64,000 nucleotides of DNA from an uncultured Nitrososphaerota archaeon (GCA_964636085.1 CAZWPQ010000001.1:64650-128649), one strand, 5' to 3'. Positions 46,791-57,333 are shown, counted from the stretch's first letter. A program made the numbers and translations. Notes: generated by a model not told the origin, from the sequence alone.

Positions 46791-47778
46791 TATCGATATA
46801 GAAGCGTATGTACTAGTACCTCACGAACATGCCGATATTGATGCTATAGCATCTCTTAGACTTTTTAGCGAGGTTCTTGGTAAGATCAGAAGTTCCGCTA
46901 ATATACACACGCTTCTGCCTGGGGTTTCCTCCTCCGCGAGAAAACTCCTGAACGGCCTAGGTATCGAGATCCCAGAATTCCATACCGTTAAACCTGATGT
47001 GAACTATGTTTCTGTACTACTAGATATCTCAGACCCGTATAGGTTCATCTCTCCCAATATCAGAGATATAGTCATGAGCTCACATAGCATTTTTGCGATA
47101 GATCATCATAAAACTGGGGCTCCAAGAGGGGTATATGTGCTATATCTGCCATTTTCCTCAACTACCGAGATAATATTGTATATTGCAGATCACCTCGGTG
47201 TTCTAGATGACATAATATCAAATGAAAAAATGTCGACACTAGCAGCCGCGGGAATTATAAGTGACACCGCCTTCTTCTCTACGACCAGCATAGCCACATT
47301 TTATTACATGGATAAGCTCTATACCCACATCAATTACGAACAAATAGCAGAGCTCTTTAGAAGGCAGCGAACAAGAGAACTCTCCGAAAGAATGGCCATA
47401 ATAAAGGCATTGCAGAGAACTATGGTACGGAAAGTTGACGACAAAATCATAGTCGTCACGCATGTTGGCAGTTATGAATCAATAGTGGCAAATACTATAC
47501 TGCAACTCGGAGCCGATATTGTTTTTGTTATATCAAAAAAGAAGGAGCGAGGAAAACACTTCTATAGAGTAATAGCCAGATCTAGAAGAGGTAAGCTGAC
47601 CGATATATTGTCCAGAATATGTAATAGACTTGGGGGAACATATGGGGCCATTGCAGATAAAGTTGGTGGCATGCAATTGAGTGCAAAAATAAAGCTAGAC
47701 AAACTTAAGAAAATCATCATGGAAGAGATTCTTAGCTATACGTATCCTAGAAACCACACATTAACCATCCAAGACTAG
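46732..47778 (+). CDS. DHH family phosphoesterase
   Basis: PHEHADIDA, LLD, IDHH, STTEI, GIISDT, SERMAIIKA. Confidence 0.9.
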   Translation: MRTLRQYEKELTSFLNRLLDIDIEAYVLVPHEHADIDAIASLRLFSEVLGKIRSSANIHTLLPGVSSSARKLLNGLGIEIPEFHTVKPDVNYVSVLLDISDPYRFISPNIRDIVMSSHSIFAIDHHKTGAPRGVYVLYLPFSSTTEIILYIADHLGVLDDIISNEKMSTLAAAGIISDTAFFSTTSIATFYYMDKLYTHINYEQIAELFRRQRTRELSERMAIIKALQRTMVRKVDDKIIVVTHVGSYESIVANTILQLGADIVFVISKKKERGKHFYRVIARSRRGKLTDILSRICNRLGGTYGAIADKVGGMQLSAKIKLDKLKKIIMEEILSYTYPRNHTLTIQD

Positions 47779-48864
47779 TGGAAATAGATCTGCTATTTTT
47801 CTTTTTATCTTTTCTTGGGTCTCTTTATCGACAACCACGATGTCTCCTGCAAACAAATCTCCGTACTCCTTATTTATATTTTCTACTATTCTATCGAGGA
47901 TTTCTCTAAGTAAGAATGATGATCTCTCCACAAATAAATAACCGACGACCTTTCCTACTTTAGAAACCATTATGATATAATCCCCAATCGAGATCGAATT
48001 TAGAGGAATTTCTTTGCCAGTTATTTCTTTTATTATTGATGATACACCAGTCAATGCTGAGCTTACGAATGCTGGATCTATCTCCCTGTCACGCTCCATT
48101 ACGAAATTAACATCCACAAGTGGGATGCCCAATTCCGTTGCAATAATCAGCTTTTTGGGTCTCGAAATATTTACAAGCAATAAATGCGGATATTTAACTA
48201 GCATTATCCCCGACAAAAATATACTTGTACTTAGACCCAAGAGCCAGCTATCTTGCAACATATACTCAAGAGGGGGACCTATTATTTGGGCCCCAAGTGA
48301 AACAATGCCCATTATTATTAGAAATATAAAACCAGCCACGTACATAGCTAAAAACTTTCTTAGTTCTTTAACCCTAAGACCCCACATTGATCTTATGAAG
48401 TGTCGGATGATTAAATATGCAAATAATAATAGACCCAGAATCTCTACAAATATGTTTATCATCATCTCAAACCTATGCTGTTCAAATAGCTCTCCTATAG
48501 CCGCCATGGAAATTATTGCTACTACAGCTATCGAAGAAACGGTAAAACCCTCATAGTCCATGAAATGTATTGATAACGACCAAGCTAAAAGTGAGGCCAG
48601 GAGAAACTCTGTGAATAGCATATCGTTGAGATTTATACTGTGCCCTAAAACGTCAATAAGCATAATCACCTCAAGCCGATCCATGATATTAAGGATCACA
48701 GACACCAATAATAAAATAAGACTAACAAGGAATAGCGATACTGACTTGTACTTGTATCTTATAAATGTCCAATATGCGAGAAAAATAACCACAATCAATT
48801 CCACGATGACTACTAGATTTACCCACACAGCAACACTTACCAACATAAAACACCAAATCATCAA
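47761..48864 (-). CDS. Seven-TM membrane protein with C-terminal longin-like domain
   Basis: Seven hydrophobic segments, then LIIATELGIPL...IDPAFVSSALTGVSSIIKEITG..LNSISIGDYIIM. Confidence 0.75.
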   Translation of the reverse strand: MMIWCFMLVSVAVWVNLVVIVELIVVIFLAYWTFIRYKYKSVSLFLVSLILLLVSVILNIMDRLEVIMLIDVLGHSINLNDMLFTEFLLASLLAWSLSIHFMDYEGFTVSSIAVVAIISMAAIGELFEQHRFEMMINIFVEILGLLLFAYLIIRHFIRSMWGLRVKELRKFLAMYVAGFIFLIIMGIVSLGAQIIGPPLEYMLQDSWLLGLSTSIFLSGIMLVKYPHLLLVNISRPKKLIIATELGIPLVDVNFVMERDREIDPAFVSSALTGVSSIIKEITGKEIPLNSISIGDYIIMVSKVGKVVGYLFVERSSFLLREILDRIVENINKEYGDLFAGDIVVVDKETQEKIKRKIADLFPLVLDG

Positions 48865-49002
48865 TTCTCTATTTCTCGGGACAAAATAGCAGATGACAAA
48901 TCACATCCGCTACCCTACCAATCACAGATTATAAAGAATTTTAAAATTAGCCACAAGACTAGGGCCTATACCAACCTAGAATGCAAATTTTTACTTGTGT
49001 TT

Positions 49003-49111
49003 TGGTGGGCCGGGGCGGACTCGAACCGCCGACCTTACGGTATCTAACCTTTAACCACACACAAGCCACGCATACCTTCAGCCGTACGCTCTCCCTCTGA
49101 GCTACCGGCCC
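49003..49111 (-). tRNA. tRNA-Phe(GAA) with 34-nt intron at 37/38 (49042-49075), encoded CCA
   Basis: GGGCCGG/CCGGCCC acceptor, TACGG/CCGTA stem, loop CTGAAG^A; BHB central helix CTGA/TTAG. Confidence 0.9.
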
Positions 49112-49245
49112 GGCTTGAAGTTGAACACCATATTGATAATAATCACATGTACACTTTTATAAATTTTTCTTTTTAAGGGCCCCCTAATTTTTGAGGTATA
49201 GAGCTAATTTGTTCGATCTTTCCATATCTTTGCACCATTCCCTTT

Positions 49246-50352
49246 TTATGATTGATGACAAATGTTTGTTATCGTTTCTGCTAGCTTATCTATGCCTATC
49301 GTTGCTTTTGCTGAGCATAGTATTATTTTTGGTTCTTCTTTAAAGTACTCACCTATTATCTTGCGGATCTTACTTATTTTAGGTTCTTGTGGCTCCTTTA
49401 GCGCATCTATCTTATTTGCAGCTATTATCTTTACTCTTTCTATTGCGACATTTCTCTTTAGGATTTTTGCGGTTGCCCTTATCTTCAACTCTAATAGACG
49501 TGGGTTATCCGCTATGTCTATCACCCATACCAACATATCTGCCTCCATAATATCCTCTAGGTTTAGTCTGAATGATGATATTATTTTCGGATCAAGTCCC
49601 GATACGAATCCTATTGTATCTACCATTAATATTTTTTCTGCGCCCTTTAACCTCGAGTATTTTGGGGATAGCGTCGTAAATGGTAGTGACGATACGGGCT
49701 TTTGCTCCCCTGTTAATGCATTGAACAGACTGGTTTTCCCAGCATTATAATATCCAACAAACGTCACTATCTTAAACCCTAAACTCTTCCTTTTGTTTAT
49801 CTCCATTATCTTTTTGTTTAATAGTTTCTCTATTTCCTCTCGAAGTTTTTTTCTTCTTTTCCTTAGCCATGCGACCTTTGGTACCCAGCCATATTCTCCT
49901 CCTGCTCTAAAGAAGGGCTTATCGGAAGGACCATGTATTAATTTTTCCCTCAATTTAAAATATGGAATTAGCTTCTCGAGATACGCCATCTCTATCTGCA
50001 ATTTTGCTAGCCTATCACCCGCATTCCTCTGAAAAATTTCTAGGACCAATTCATACCTATCAATTACTCTAAGCCCCGTGTATCGTTCAAGGTTGAACTT
50101 CTGGATACTCTTAAGGGTATTCCAAATTATTAGTGTATCCGCCGCATTTTCCTCCGCCCGTATCTTAATCTCACTAACTTTTCCCTTTCCAAATAGGGTT
50201 GCGGATATGGGCCTAGGTTTTATCTGAATAACCTCATCTACAATCCTATACCCAGCAGCACTTGCCAACTCTTTTAGCTCTTCTAATCTTACCTTCCACC
50301 CCACAAACTTTGGGGTTCTCAACATACCTATTATGGCATTATTATGCACCAT
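49246..50352 (-). CDS. hflX: GTPase HflX
   Basis: LFGKGK, Q.FNLE, VIDR..LVLEIF, AKLQIEMA, GYYNAGKTSLFN, FTTL, DTIGF, NKID; start ATG 50352 preferred. Confidence 0.95.
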   Translation of the reverse strand: MVHNNAIIGMLRTPKFVGWKVRLEELKELASAAGYRIVDEVIQIKPRPISATLFGKGKVSEIKIRAEENAADTLIIWNTLKSIQKFNLERYTGLRVIDRYELVLEIFQRNAGDRLAKLQIEMAYLEKLIPYFKLREKLIHGPSDKPFFRAGGEYGWVPKVAWLRKRRKKLREEIEKLLNKKIMEINKRKSLGFKIVTFVGYYNAGKTSLFNALTGEQKPVSSLPFTTLSPKYSRLKGAEKILMVDTIGFVSGLDPKIISSFRLNLEDIMEADMLVWVIDIADNPRLLELKIRATAKILKRNVAIERVKIIAANKIDALKEPQEPKISKIRKIIGEYFKEEPKIILCSAKATIGIDKLAETITNICHQS

Positions 50353-50548
50353 TACCACCACAAAAGTAACCAAAACATTATTATAGTCCATCACCATAGA
50401 TAGAAACACCGATTAGAAAAAGCTATAAAATACCGCACAAAATGATATCCATAATCCATAAACTGCATAATGACTCAACAATAATAGAGCTTACGCAGAA
50501 TTGTCTATGGGAACCACAGAGAAAACATCCCTTTTGAAGTATAGAGAA

Positions 50549-50676
50549 TGGAGGCGGGGGCGGGATTTGAACCCGCGACACGGGGATTTTTGAGCCACTA
50601 TCAAGTATACACGTACTACTATAGGTGCCTGCAATCCCCCGCGTTGGCCAGACTATAGCCGCTACGCCACCCCGCC
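50549..50676 (-). tRNA. tRNA-Cys(GCA) with two introns: 11 nt at 22/23 (50644-50654) and 41 nt at 37/38 (50588-50628), encoded CCA
   Basis: GGCGGGG/CCCCGCC acceptor, U73, GGGGA/TCCCC stem; D-arm insertion forms BHB GGCT/GGCC with GC/GC outer helix; removing both gives a 73-nt tRNA. Confidence 0.88.
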
Positions 50677-50790
50677 CTGCGGTTCTATGAGGGTCCTATC
50701 TATAATTAGAAGATTTTGTCTCTTTAAAAATTTTACTTTGAGTGAAGTGTTTGATTATAGAATCGACAGATAATTCAGTAATCTTGTTTT

Positions 50791-51465
50791 TCATAATAAT
50801 AGCGATTCGCACGTACATATGATTCTACATAGAACATATGATGTTGTTAAGGGTTTGTCGCTTATGCTTATCATGTCGTCAATAATTTCTTCTACATCAT
50901 CCGAGAAATAGCCTGATGGAAAGGCCCCAACCACGAAAGCTATCCTTTTGTACTGTTTTAGTTTTACCCTTAGGTAATCCTCGAGTTTTTCCCGTCTTCC
51001 TCTTCTTGATAGACCAATAACATATTTTACGTTATTCTTTTCTAGGACTTCCCTCAGGTTAGAGCATTTTGCAATTAATTTCTTACCGCTCGCAAATATG
51101 GCCCCCTCCACTAATAGTTTCTCCATCAATCCTAGGAATCTAAAGTAGTGTCTTGGGAGCCTAGTATCTGGGTGGATGGAATAGACATTTCCTCTCTTCG
51201 TATGAACAACAATATCACTTATTATTCCTCTCGCGCACAGGCTTGAATCCAGTATTAGAAGAAGGGCCCTATGGAGTATATCGACTCTGCCCCTGTCTCT
51301 TAGTTCTTCATCATTTTTTATGGCCGAAAAAATCAACGTCTGGTCTAGCATTAATTCCCAAGGTTTCCTACCCCTTACCCTGCACCATTTTTTAACAGAT
51401 GGATGTTTCCAGAGTCTTCTAGGTATTAGTTCTAGATGCGCATCTGCCAATATAAACACTAGCAT
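50791..51465 (-). CDS. nep1: 16S rRNA pseudouridine N1-methyltransferase Nep1/Emg1
   Basis: LELIP, RGRVDILHRALL..LDS, TRLPRHY.RF.GLMEKL, VGAFPSG. Confidence 0.93.
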   Translation of the reverse strand: MLVFILADAHLELIPRRLWKHPSVKKWCRVRGRKPWELMLDQTLIFSAIKNDEELRDRGRVDILHRALLLILDSSLCARGIISDIVVHTKRGNVYSIHPDTRLPRHYFRFLGLMEKLLVEGAIFASGKKLIAKCSNLREVLEKNNVKYVIGLSRRGRREKLEDYLRVKLKQYKRIAFVVGAFPSGYFSDDVEEIIDDMISISDKPLTTSYVLCRIICTCESLLL

Positions 51466-51518
51466 TGTTTATCCCAAACAATTTTATAATTTCTACTATT
51501 GTTTTTGGGTGAAATAGA

Positions 51519-52310
51519 ATGAGCATAATCCGCGTAGGAGCCATACAATTTAGACCTATTTTGGGGGATCTAGAAAAAAATCGAAAAAAAATCGGGCAAT
51601 TATTGGAAAAGGCATATGAACAGGAGATAGATATCGTTGTTCTACCCGAACTATCAAATTCTGGATACAATTTCGCTAGTCGCGACGATGCGCTTAACAC
51701 TAGTGAACCTATACCAGATGGTGAAACAACAAAGCTATGCGAAAAACTCGCCATGGAATACCACATGCATATAGTTGTAGGGATAAATGAGAAGGAGGGA
51801 AATTCACTATATAACTCTGCGGTTCTAGTTGGACCTAATGGATATATAGGCAAATACAGAAAAGTCCATCTGTTCATGAGGGAGAAAGAAATTTTCAAAA
51901 GAGGGGACAAGTTTTATGTATATGACACCCCAAAAGCCAAGATCGGCATAATGATATGTTTTGACTGGATATTTCCCGAGGCAGCTAGAAGTTTAATGCT
52001 ACAAGGAGCAGAATTGATAGCACATCCAGTTAATCTCGTCTTACCCTATTGGCAGAATGTTTGCCCCCTCAGGGCCTTGGAGAATAGAATATACATAGTG
52101 TCGGCCAATAGGATAGGAATAGAGGGAGATTTATCATTCACAGGACAATCCATTATTGTAAATCCAAGAGGCGAAATCATTGCCAGAGCCAGCAGAACCC
52201 ACGAGGAGATAATCTATGCCGACATAGACCTCAATCTAGCTAGAAACAAAAATATAACCCCAATGAACAATTTAGTGAAAGATCGCATTCCTAGTTCCTA
52301 TTTCCTCTAG
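51519..52310 (+). CDS. Carbon-nitrogen hydrolase (nitrilase family)
   Basis: VLPEL, YRKVHL, ICFDWIFPE (E-K-C triad), RALEN. Confidence 0.93.
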   Translation: MSIIRVGAIQFRPILGDLEKNRKKIGQLLEKAYEQEIDIVVLPELSNSGYNFASRDDALNTSEPIPDGETTKLCEKLAMEYHMHIVVGINEKEGNSLYNSAVLVGPNGYIGKYRKVHLFMREKEIFKRGDKFYVYDTPKAKIGIMICFDWIFPEAARSLMLQGAELIAHPVNLVLPYWQNVCPLRALENRIYIVSANRIGIEGDLSFTGQSIIVNPRGEIIARASRTHEEIIYADIDLNLARNKNITPMNNLVKDRIPSSYFL

Positions 52311-52311
52311 T

Positions 52312-54153
52312 TCAATCTCTTTTTGTTATTTTATGTCTCAGTAGAGCCCACGGTATGAGTATTTTCATGGGAATACTAGAGTTGCTCCTAGAATATATAA
52401 CGGCACACCTAGTTGGCAGGTTCATAAGCACAGTTTTATCTACAGGTAATTCCATGAATTTTTTGAGGGTTTTTATTTGGAGAGGTGTCAGGCCAAATAA
52501 TGTGTATGTATTAACAGTTTTTAGTATCCTAGGATTCAAATCTTCTGGACTTTGAGTCGAGAATTCTATCCTTAGCCTGAATTTTCTGCCTTCCCTAGCA
52601 ATTCTTTCAACCCATGAAACTGTCCTCATGACCCATTCTTTTTCGTTAGCATCGTATACAAATCTAGGAAAATAATTATGTGCCTCGTCGATTAGCAGCA
52701 TTACTGGAGGAAATAATTCATTGTAGTCTCTAAGCTTTGTCATTGCTATCTTACTAATGATATGCATTACTACGATTCTCCTAGCAACAATTGACGGAAC
52801 CATATCAACTCTTATAATGTTAACAGTCCTAGACCGTAGCATATACTTAATATCAATATCTGAAACTCCCCCAGCATCAAAAATTCCCTCCTCCAATACC
52901 GCGGCAATCCTACGCAATATTGCTTCTCTCGTAGCCTCACTAATCATATCCTTTGGAAAGCTCGCATTGTCGAGCCACCTGTAAAACTTGTCCAATGTAT
53001 TGTTTCTTTCCCTATACACACTCCTAAATCTTCTAACTAGTTTCGGCAAGACATAATACCCTTGGGGAGACAATGCTGGGAGATAATACTGAAGAAAACT
53101 AGGACCAATATCGGAAAAACGTATAGTAAAATGCATCGTTTTTACTTTGCCATGGAAATCATCCACCTCGACTTCCTGCTCAAGTTTTGGAATCCATACA
53201 ATAATATCCTCTATACTCTTAGGCATTATCCCAAGATCCCTCCATATTTTTATATCAAAATCGCTGGGTTTTGTTTCATCATCCTCTTTTATGGGATCCT
53301 CACAAATCATTGAATACTCATTGTGTGTGTCTATAACAACAACCGCTCCCTCCACATACTCAACAAAGTTATATATATCGTTCTTACACTTCGCCGTTTT
53401 GCCTTTACCTGTAGTGCCAGTTACTAACTCATGCTCAAAGAGAAGAGATTTTCTCATTCTATACGGAATACATTTCCCCGTTCGGGGATCGACTATAACT
53501 TCGTCACCAAATATCAGGGCGCCATATACGGGGCCATCTGAAGGCAATCCATAGATTATATTAATTATTTCCTGCGAGGGTATATACGCAGGGGCCCTTA
53601 TGTGGGGAGCGAAATTCACATCGCCCCTAGTTACGATATTACCTCCATTTCTTTTCAATGTACAGATTGGACTCAACCCCACCAAGGGCACTAGTTCAAG
53701 GAATTCTGTGTCTCCACTCTCTATCATCTGGGATGTTAGTATATTTCTTGCATCGGATACATCTCTATCCACAAGCTCATGCCACGCTACATCATACCCC
53801 ATCATCCTGATTATGCCTGCTATGTATTCACCATGTATGTAGTCAAATATGATTAACGGGAAGCCTAGTCTTATTCTCGATGACCACTCTGAGAAAAGCC
53901 TTATCCACAATAACTTCGAGGCTACCGACCCCCCAACATGGACTGTAAGTCTTTTAGGTATTACTAGATACCCTACCTCTACACAGCCACTGAGCCAAGG
54001 ATCCTGTATCTCATCACCTACTTTCTTTTTAAGACAAGGACGTGTAGATAATCGAAAAATCGCCTCGCCAAGTATCTCTGGTTCCTCTCTACTCACAATT
54101 TTTTCTTTTCTCGATATTACGAGGTACTTATCTAAACTCAAGCTTGACCCCAC
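52312..54153 (-). CDS. HerA-like ATPase (DUF87)
   Basis: HELVTGTTGKGKT, IDTHNEY, IDEAHNY, REGRK, STQSP; overlaps the NurA-like gene. Confidence 0.88.
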   Translation of the reverse strand: MGSSLSLDKYLVISRKEKIVSREEPEILGEAIFRLSTRPCLKKKVGDEIQDPWLSGCVEVGYLVIPKRLTVHVGGSVASKLLWIRLFSEWSSRIRLGFPLIIFDYIHGEYIAGIIRMMGYDVAWHELVDRDVSDARNILTSQMIESGDTEFLELVPLVGLSPICTLKRNGGNIVTRGDVNFAPHIRAPAYIPSQEIINIIYGLPSDGPVYGALIFGDEVIVDPRTGKCIPYRMRKSLLFEHELVTGTTGKGKTAKCKNDIYNFVEYVEGAVVVIDTHNEYSMICEDPIKEDDETKPSDFDIKIWRDLGIMPKSIEDIIVWIPKLEQEVEVDDFHGKVKTMHFTIRFSDIGPSFLQYYLPALSPQGYYVLPKLVRRFRSVYRERNNTLDKFYRWLDNASFPKDMISEATREAILRRIAAVLEEGIFDAGGVSDIDIKYMLRSRTVNIIRVDMVPSIVARRIVVMHIISKIAMTKLRDYNELFPPVMLLIDEAHNYFPRFVYDANEKEWVMRTVSWVERIAREGRKFRLRIEFSTQSPEDLNPRILKTVNTYTLFGLTPLQIKTLKKFMELPVDKTVLMNLPTRCAVIYSRSNSSIPMKILIPWALLRHKITKRD

Positions 54154-55238
54154 CTATATAGATACCTTCCCCACCTTAGTTGATTGTACATAAGGATGTC
54201 GGCTATGCCACATTTTTTGAATGCTGATAATACCCTAAACGCAATATATCTCTTCTCCTCATCACAAAACCGTGCAATCTTGTCGGCACGACCAATCACA
54301 TAACTGAAACCATTCCCAAGCTGCAGATCAGCTGATATTATCTCCAATACTTGATCCTTTCCATATTCCTCCAGAACGCAATAGGGAAATTCATACCTAA
54401 AAACTACCCTTCCCTTTGTCTTCACATAGAAGAAAACAGGCTTCATATAATAAGGCACGCCATTAACTAGCTTATTGTCATATAGAAACATGATGGTTCG
54501 TGTATTAGGAGGGAGATACATTGATAATAAATCGGCGTCTGTCAACGCCTCCACATTTGTTATTCCTGATAGCCAAGTTGAGAAGGGATTTTTCACGATT
54601 TTGATGCAGATTATTGCCCTATCTACAAGAGATTTGATCGCGGAATAAAACTTTTTAAAATACCTCCTAGAAATTATTGGACCATCCCAGAATACGACAT
54701 CTAACACACTCCCATATTCTTCGGCCAATTCTCTAATAGTAACCGTCTCTAGAGACATAAGAATATCCCTCACTTTCCTTCTAACTTGCTCTGGTACTCC
54801 TCCTCGCCGCCGAATAATCGACACGGAAAACCTCCAGACATCTTTTGCACCAAATGTTTCATTATTTCTCATGCTGAGACCGAAGACAGCAGTCCTCGCA
54901 ATTATGACCCTGAAGGGATGTAGCCTTAATGAGAAAGCTCCCCCATCAACACCCACAACATTTTTCCCTTTAAATATGGTCAACGGATTTATCTCTGGCA
55001 TTCCCTTTATGATCCCATCCTCTAAAGGTATTATGCCACTATCCTCACTCCGATCAACTATTTTTAATAGTATATCATCTCCAAGTTTTCTACTTAGGTA
55101 TTTTGATAAAACCTCCTTAATAGCCGATTCTATAGCATCCATAATCGCCAGACTTGGTATATACTCACTTTCTAAACGGTGCTTAACGCTAAGCATTGGA
55201 TGACATAATTTATCCAACTTTAAAGCACGTGCGGGCAA
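54138..55238 (-). CDS. nurA: NurA-family nuclease
   Basis: VGVDGG, LE, FWDGP, IVK, FFYVK..FRYE, GFSYVIGRAD.IA. Confidence 0.82.
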   Translation of the reverse strand: MPARALKLDKLCHPMLSVKHRLESEYIPSLAIMDAIESAIKEVLSKYLSRKLGDDILLKIVDRSEDSGIIPLEDGIIKGMPEINPLTIFKGKNVVGVDGGAFSLRLHPFRVIIARTAVFGLSMRNNETFGAKDVWRFSVSIIRRRGGVPEQVRRKVRDILMSLETVTIRELAEEYGSVLDVVFWDGPIISRRYFKKFYSAIKSLVDRAIICIKIVKNPFSTWLSGITNVEALTDADLLSMYLPPNTRTIMFLYDNKLVNGVPYYMKPVFFYVKTKGRVVFRYEFPYCVLEEYGKDQVLEIISADLQLGNGFSYVIGRADKIARFCDEEKRYIAFRVLSAFKKCGIADILMYNQLRWGRYLYRWGQA

Positions 55239-55416
55239 ATTTCATCACTCCTACGATAGCATTGTAATATTTATGTATATGCTACGTATTACAATTTATA
55301 TTCAAAACAGTATTTAAATAGTAATATTTTGTATTACAATCAACTACGAAAAAGAAGTGCAGATTACATAGAGTCCATTTTAATTCTAGTGTCAGTAGTA
55401 TTTTTGTCTTTGGTAT

Positions 55417-56199
55417 TTAGCCTACAGAATTTTGCTTAATCATTTTTTTGAGCCTTCTAGGCATAAATACTAATGTTTTTTCTATTCCTTGTTCTTGTAG
55501 GATTTTTTGTACCTCGTCTGCATACACGCCGTATCTGCAAATTATCGAATGTTCTAAAAAGCCTAGTCTTTCAATCTTTATGATTTTTCTGAAGAGTTTT
55601 CTCATTCTAACTATCTTGTCTAGGTTAGATCTTAGCTCCCCGTATACTATGACTCTATCTAGCCTGTCTCGAAACCACCTTTTGAAGAGGAAAATTGTTC
55701 TTCTTCCTGCTTTTCCGATTATTCCTTTTTCCTGGTTCTCTTTTCTAATCGATACGACCTTTACCACAAGGGGAAAATATTTGTCTATCCCCATGAGTCT
55801 TATTATCCTAGCAGGGTTTGGTAGACTTGATGCCTCAATTATTTTTCTGATAAAACTACTCGTGGGTATCTTTATTCGGATATTTTTTTCTTGCCCTATA
55901 TCTATACCCATAAATTCGTTGTTAACATAATCCACACGACCACTATATTCATGATCCACCATTATTTCATTGGTATCCAGTCTTCTACCAAATATCTTTT
56001 CCAGATACCTATAAGCTATTTCTTTCTCTTCCCCCTGTATCTTAACTAATGCGAATCTTTCTCCTATCTCCAATACCTCAATGCGGTCTATTTTTAGATC
56101 CGCCAGTAATCTCCTTATCAAGTATCGGAGAGATTTTTTTGCATTTTCTATTGGAATGCTTCTATAAACAGGACAGAGTATCTCTATGGCCATAAACAA
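55417..56199 (-). CDS. DUF2110 family protein
   Basis: GEEKEIAYRYL..FG, GIDIG, DRVIV, IIKIERLGFLEH.IIC. Confidence 0.8.
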   Translation of the reverse strand: MFMAIEILCPVYRSIPIENAKKSLRYLIRRLLADLKIDRIEVLEIGERFALVKIQGEEKEIAYRYLEKIFGRRLDTNEIMVDHEYSGRVDYVNNEFMGIDIGQEKNIRIKIPTSSFIRKIIEASSLPNPARIIRLMGIDKYFPLVVKVVSIRKENQEKGIIGKAGRRTIFLFKRWFRDRLDRVIVYGELRSNLDKIVRMRKLFRKIIKIERLGFLEHSIICRYGVYADEVQKILQEQGIEKTLVFMPRRLKKMIKQNSVG

Positions 56200-56222
56200 C
56201 TACATCCGTTCAGAAGAACGTA

Positions 56223-56468
56223 TTATTTTTTCTTCAGCTGATTTAAGAGGCTAATAACTTTTGAGCCCACATCGCTGATTGGTTCAAATGCCGCTCCAGC
56301 CATTTTAAAACCACAATTTCTACACTCCCATAGGCCCACGGATACCCACTTTAGTGATTTCTTTTTGCAGTTAGGACATATGTATCGTCTTTTCTTTTTC
56401 TTCTCAATTTTTTCAACCCTTTTTCTTATCGTGGATCCATACCTTGGGCCAAATCTTCTTGTAGACAT
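56223..56468 (-). CDS. rpl37ae: 50S ribosomal protein eL43 (L37ae)
   Basis: RFGPRYGSTIRK, CPNC, GLWECRNC, AGAAF. Confidence 0.96.
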   Translation of the reverse strand: MSTRRFGPRYGSTIRKRVEKIEKKKKRRYICPNCKKKSLKWVSVGLWECRNCGFKMAGAAFEPISDVGSKVISLLNQLKKK

Positions 56469-56496
56469 TATTGGAACACCTACTAGCTATCTATTA

Positions 56497-57333
56497 TTAT
56501 GACTTAATCTGTTTTAATACTATTTCCCTTATTTTCTCAGCCCTAGATTTTATATCTTCGGCTATAAACTTTATATCGTCTATATCCACGGCTCCCCGAC
56601 CACTTTTTTGTATCCCCACAATGTTCCCCCTAGATAGCCCCATCGTCAATTTATAATCTAGCAATAATTCTTCTTGATTCGTTGGATCCAAAATTATCTT
56701 GTCAAGCAGTTTTCCATACGTCAATTGTATAGGCATATTCTCAATCCTAACTTTGAGAGGAGTAAACTCGTCTCTGACCAATACTGGCCTATCATTCTCA
56801 AATGTGACCCTAGGTAACCTTGCCGTCATCAACGCACCTATTGCTCCATAAAATGCTGCGTCTACTAGGTTGCCATTGTCATCTATCGGATACAAATCAA
56901 TAAATATCAAATACACGACTTTTCCAGGCTCTATACATAGACTCTCCAAATCTATAAATTCAGAGCTCCTAATTACTCTATCTACTACTCTTGCCGCCTC
57001 TATACCTGGTTCGCTGGGAGGACCCAACTCAAAACTAGGCGAAGCTATTGGCATCGTCTCCATATTCACAATAAAAGCCCCCTGATTAGGAGTATCTGGA
57101 TATGGAGAGCCGACGGATACTTTTATTCCAGCTATAACTTTTGTCTTACCGAGGGATGCAAAACACGAGCCCTCTGCCTTCTCGATGTAGTTGGGTACTA
57201 GTTTTAGTTGACGCATCTCTAATAGATCGCGGCCATCGGGACGTCTATTCTTCTGCAAGTAATTGTATATTGCATTTTTTTCTATGCTTGTAAGGAATAT
57301 ACGACGTGCGGATGGCAAAAACTCTGTGGACAT
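56497..57333 (-). CDS. rrp42: Exosome subunit Rrp42
   Basis: RPDGR, LGKTKVIAGIK, PYPDTPNQG, FELGPP, ARVVDR, DDNGNLVDA. Confidence 0.96.
   Translation of the reverse strand: MSTEFLPSARRIFLTSIEKNAIYNYLQKNRRPDGRDLLEMRQLKLVPNYIEKAEGSCFASLGKTKVIAGIKVSVGSPYPDTPNQGAFIVNMETMPIASPSFELGPPSEPGIEAARVVDRVIRSSEFIDLESLCIEPGKVVYLIFIDLYPIDDNGNLVDAAFYGAIGALMTARLPRVTFENDRPVLVRDEFTPLKVRIENMPIQLTYGKLLDKIILDPTNQEELLLDYKLTMGLSRGNIVGIQKSGRGAVDIDDIKFIAEDIKSRAEKIREIVLKQIKS

Noticed and set aside
50644-50665. Alternative 9-nt or shifted 11-nt D-loop intron boundaries in tRNA-Cys
   Set aside because: Only the 22/23 junction yields a fully paired 4-bp central helix with an outer helix
48865-50790. Integrated element at the tRNA-Phe/tRNA-Cys loci
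   Set aside because: No integrase and no duplicated tRNA 3' end seen; the intervening gene is housekeeping hflX
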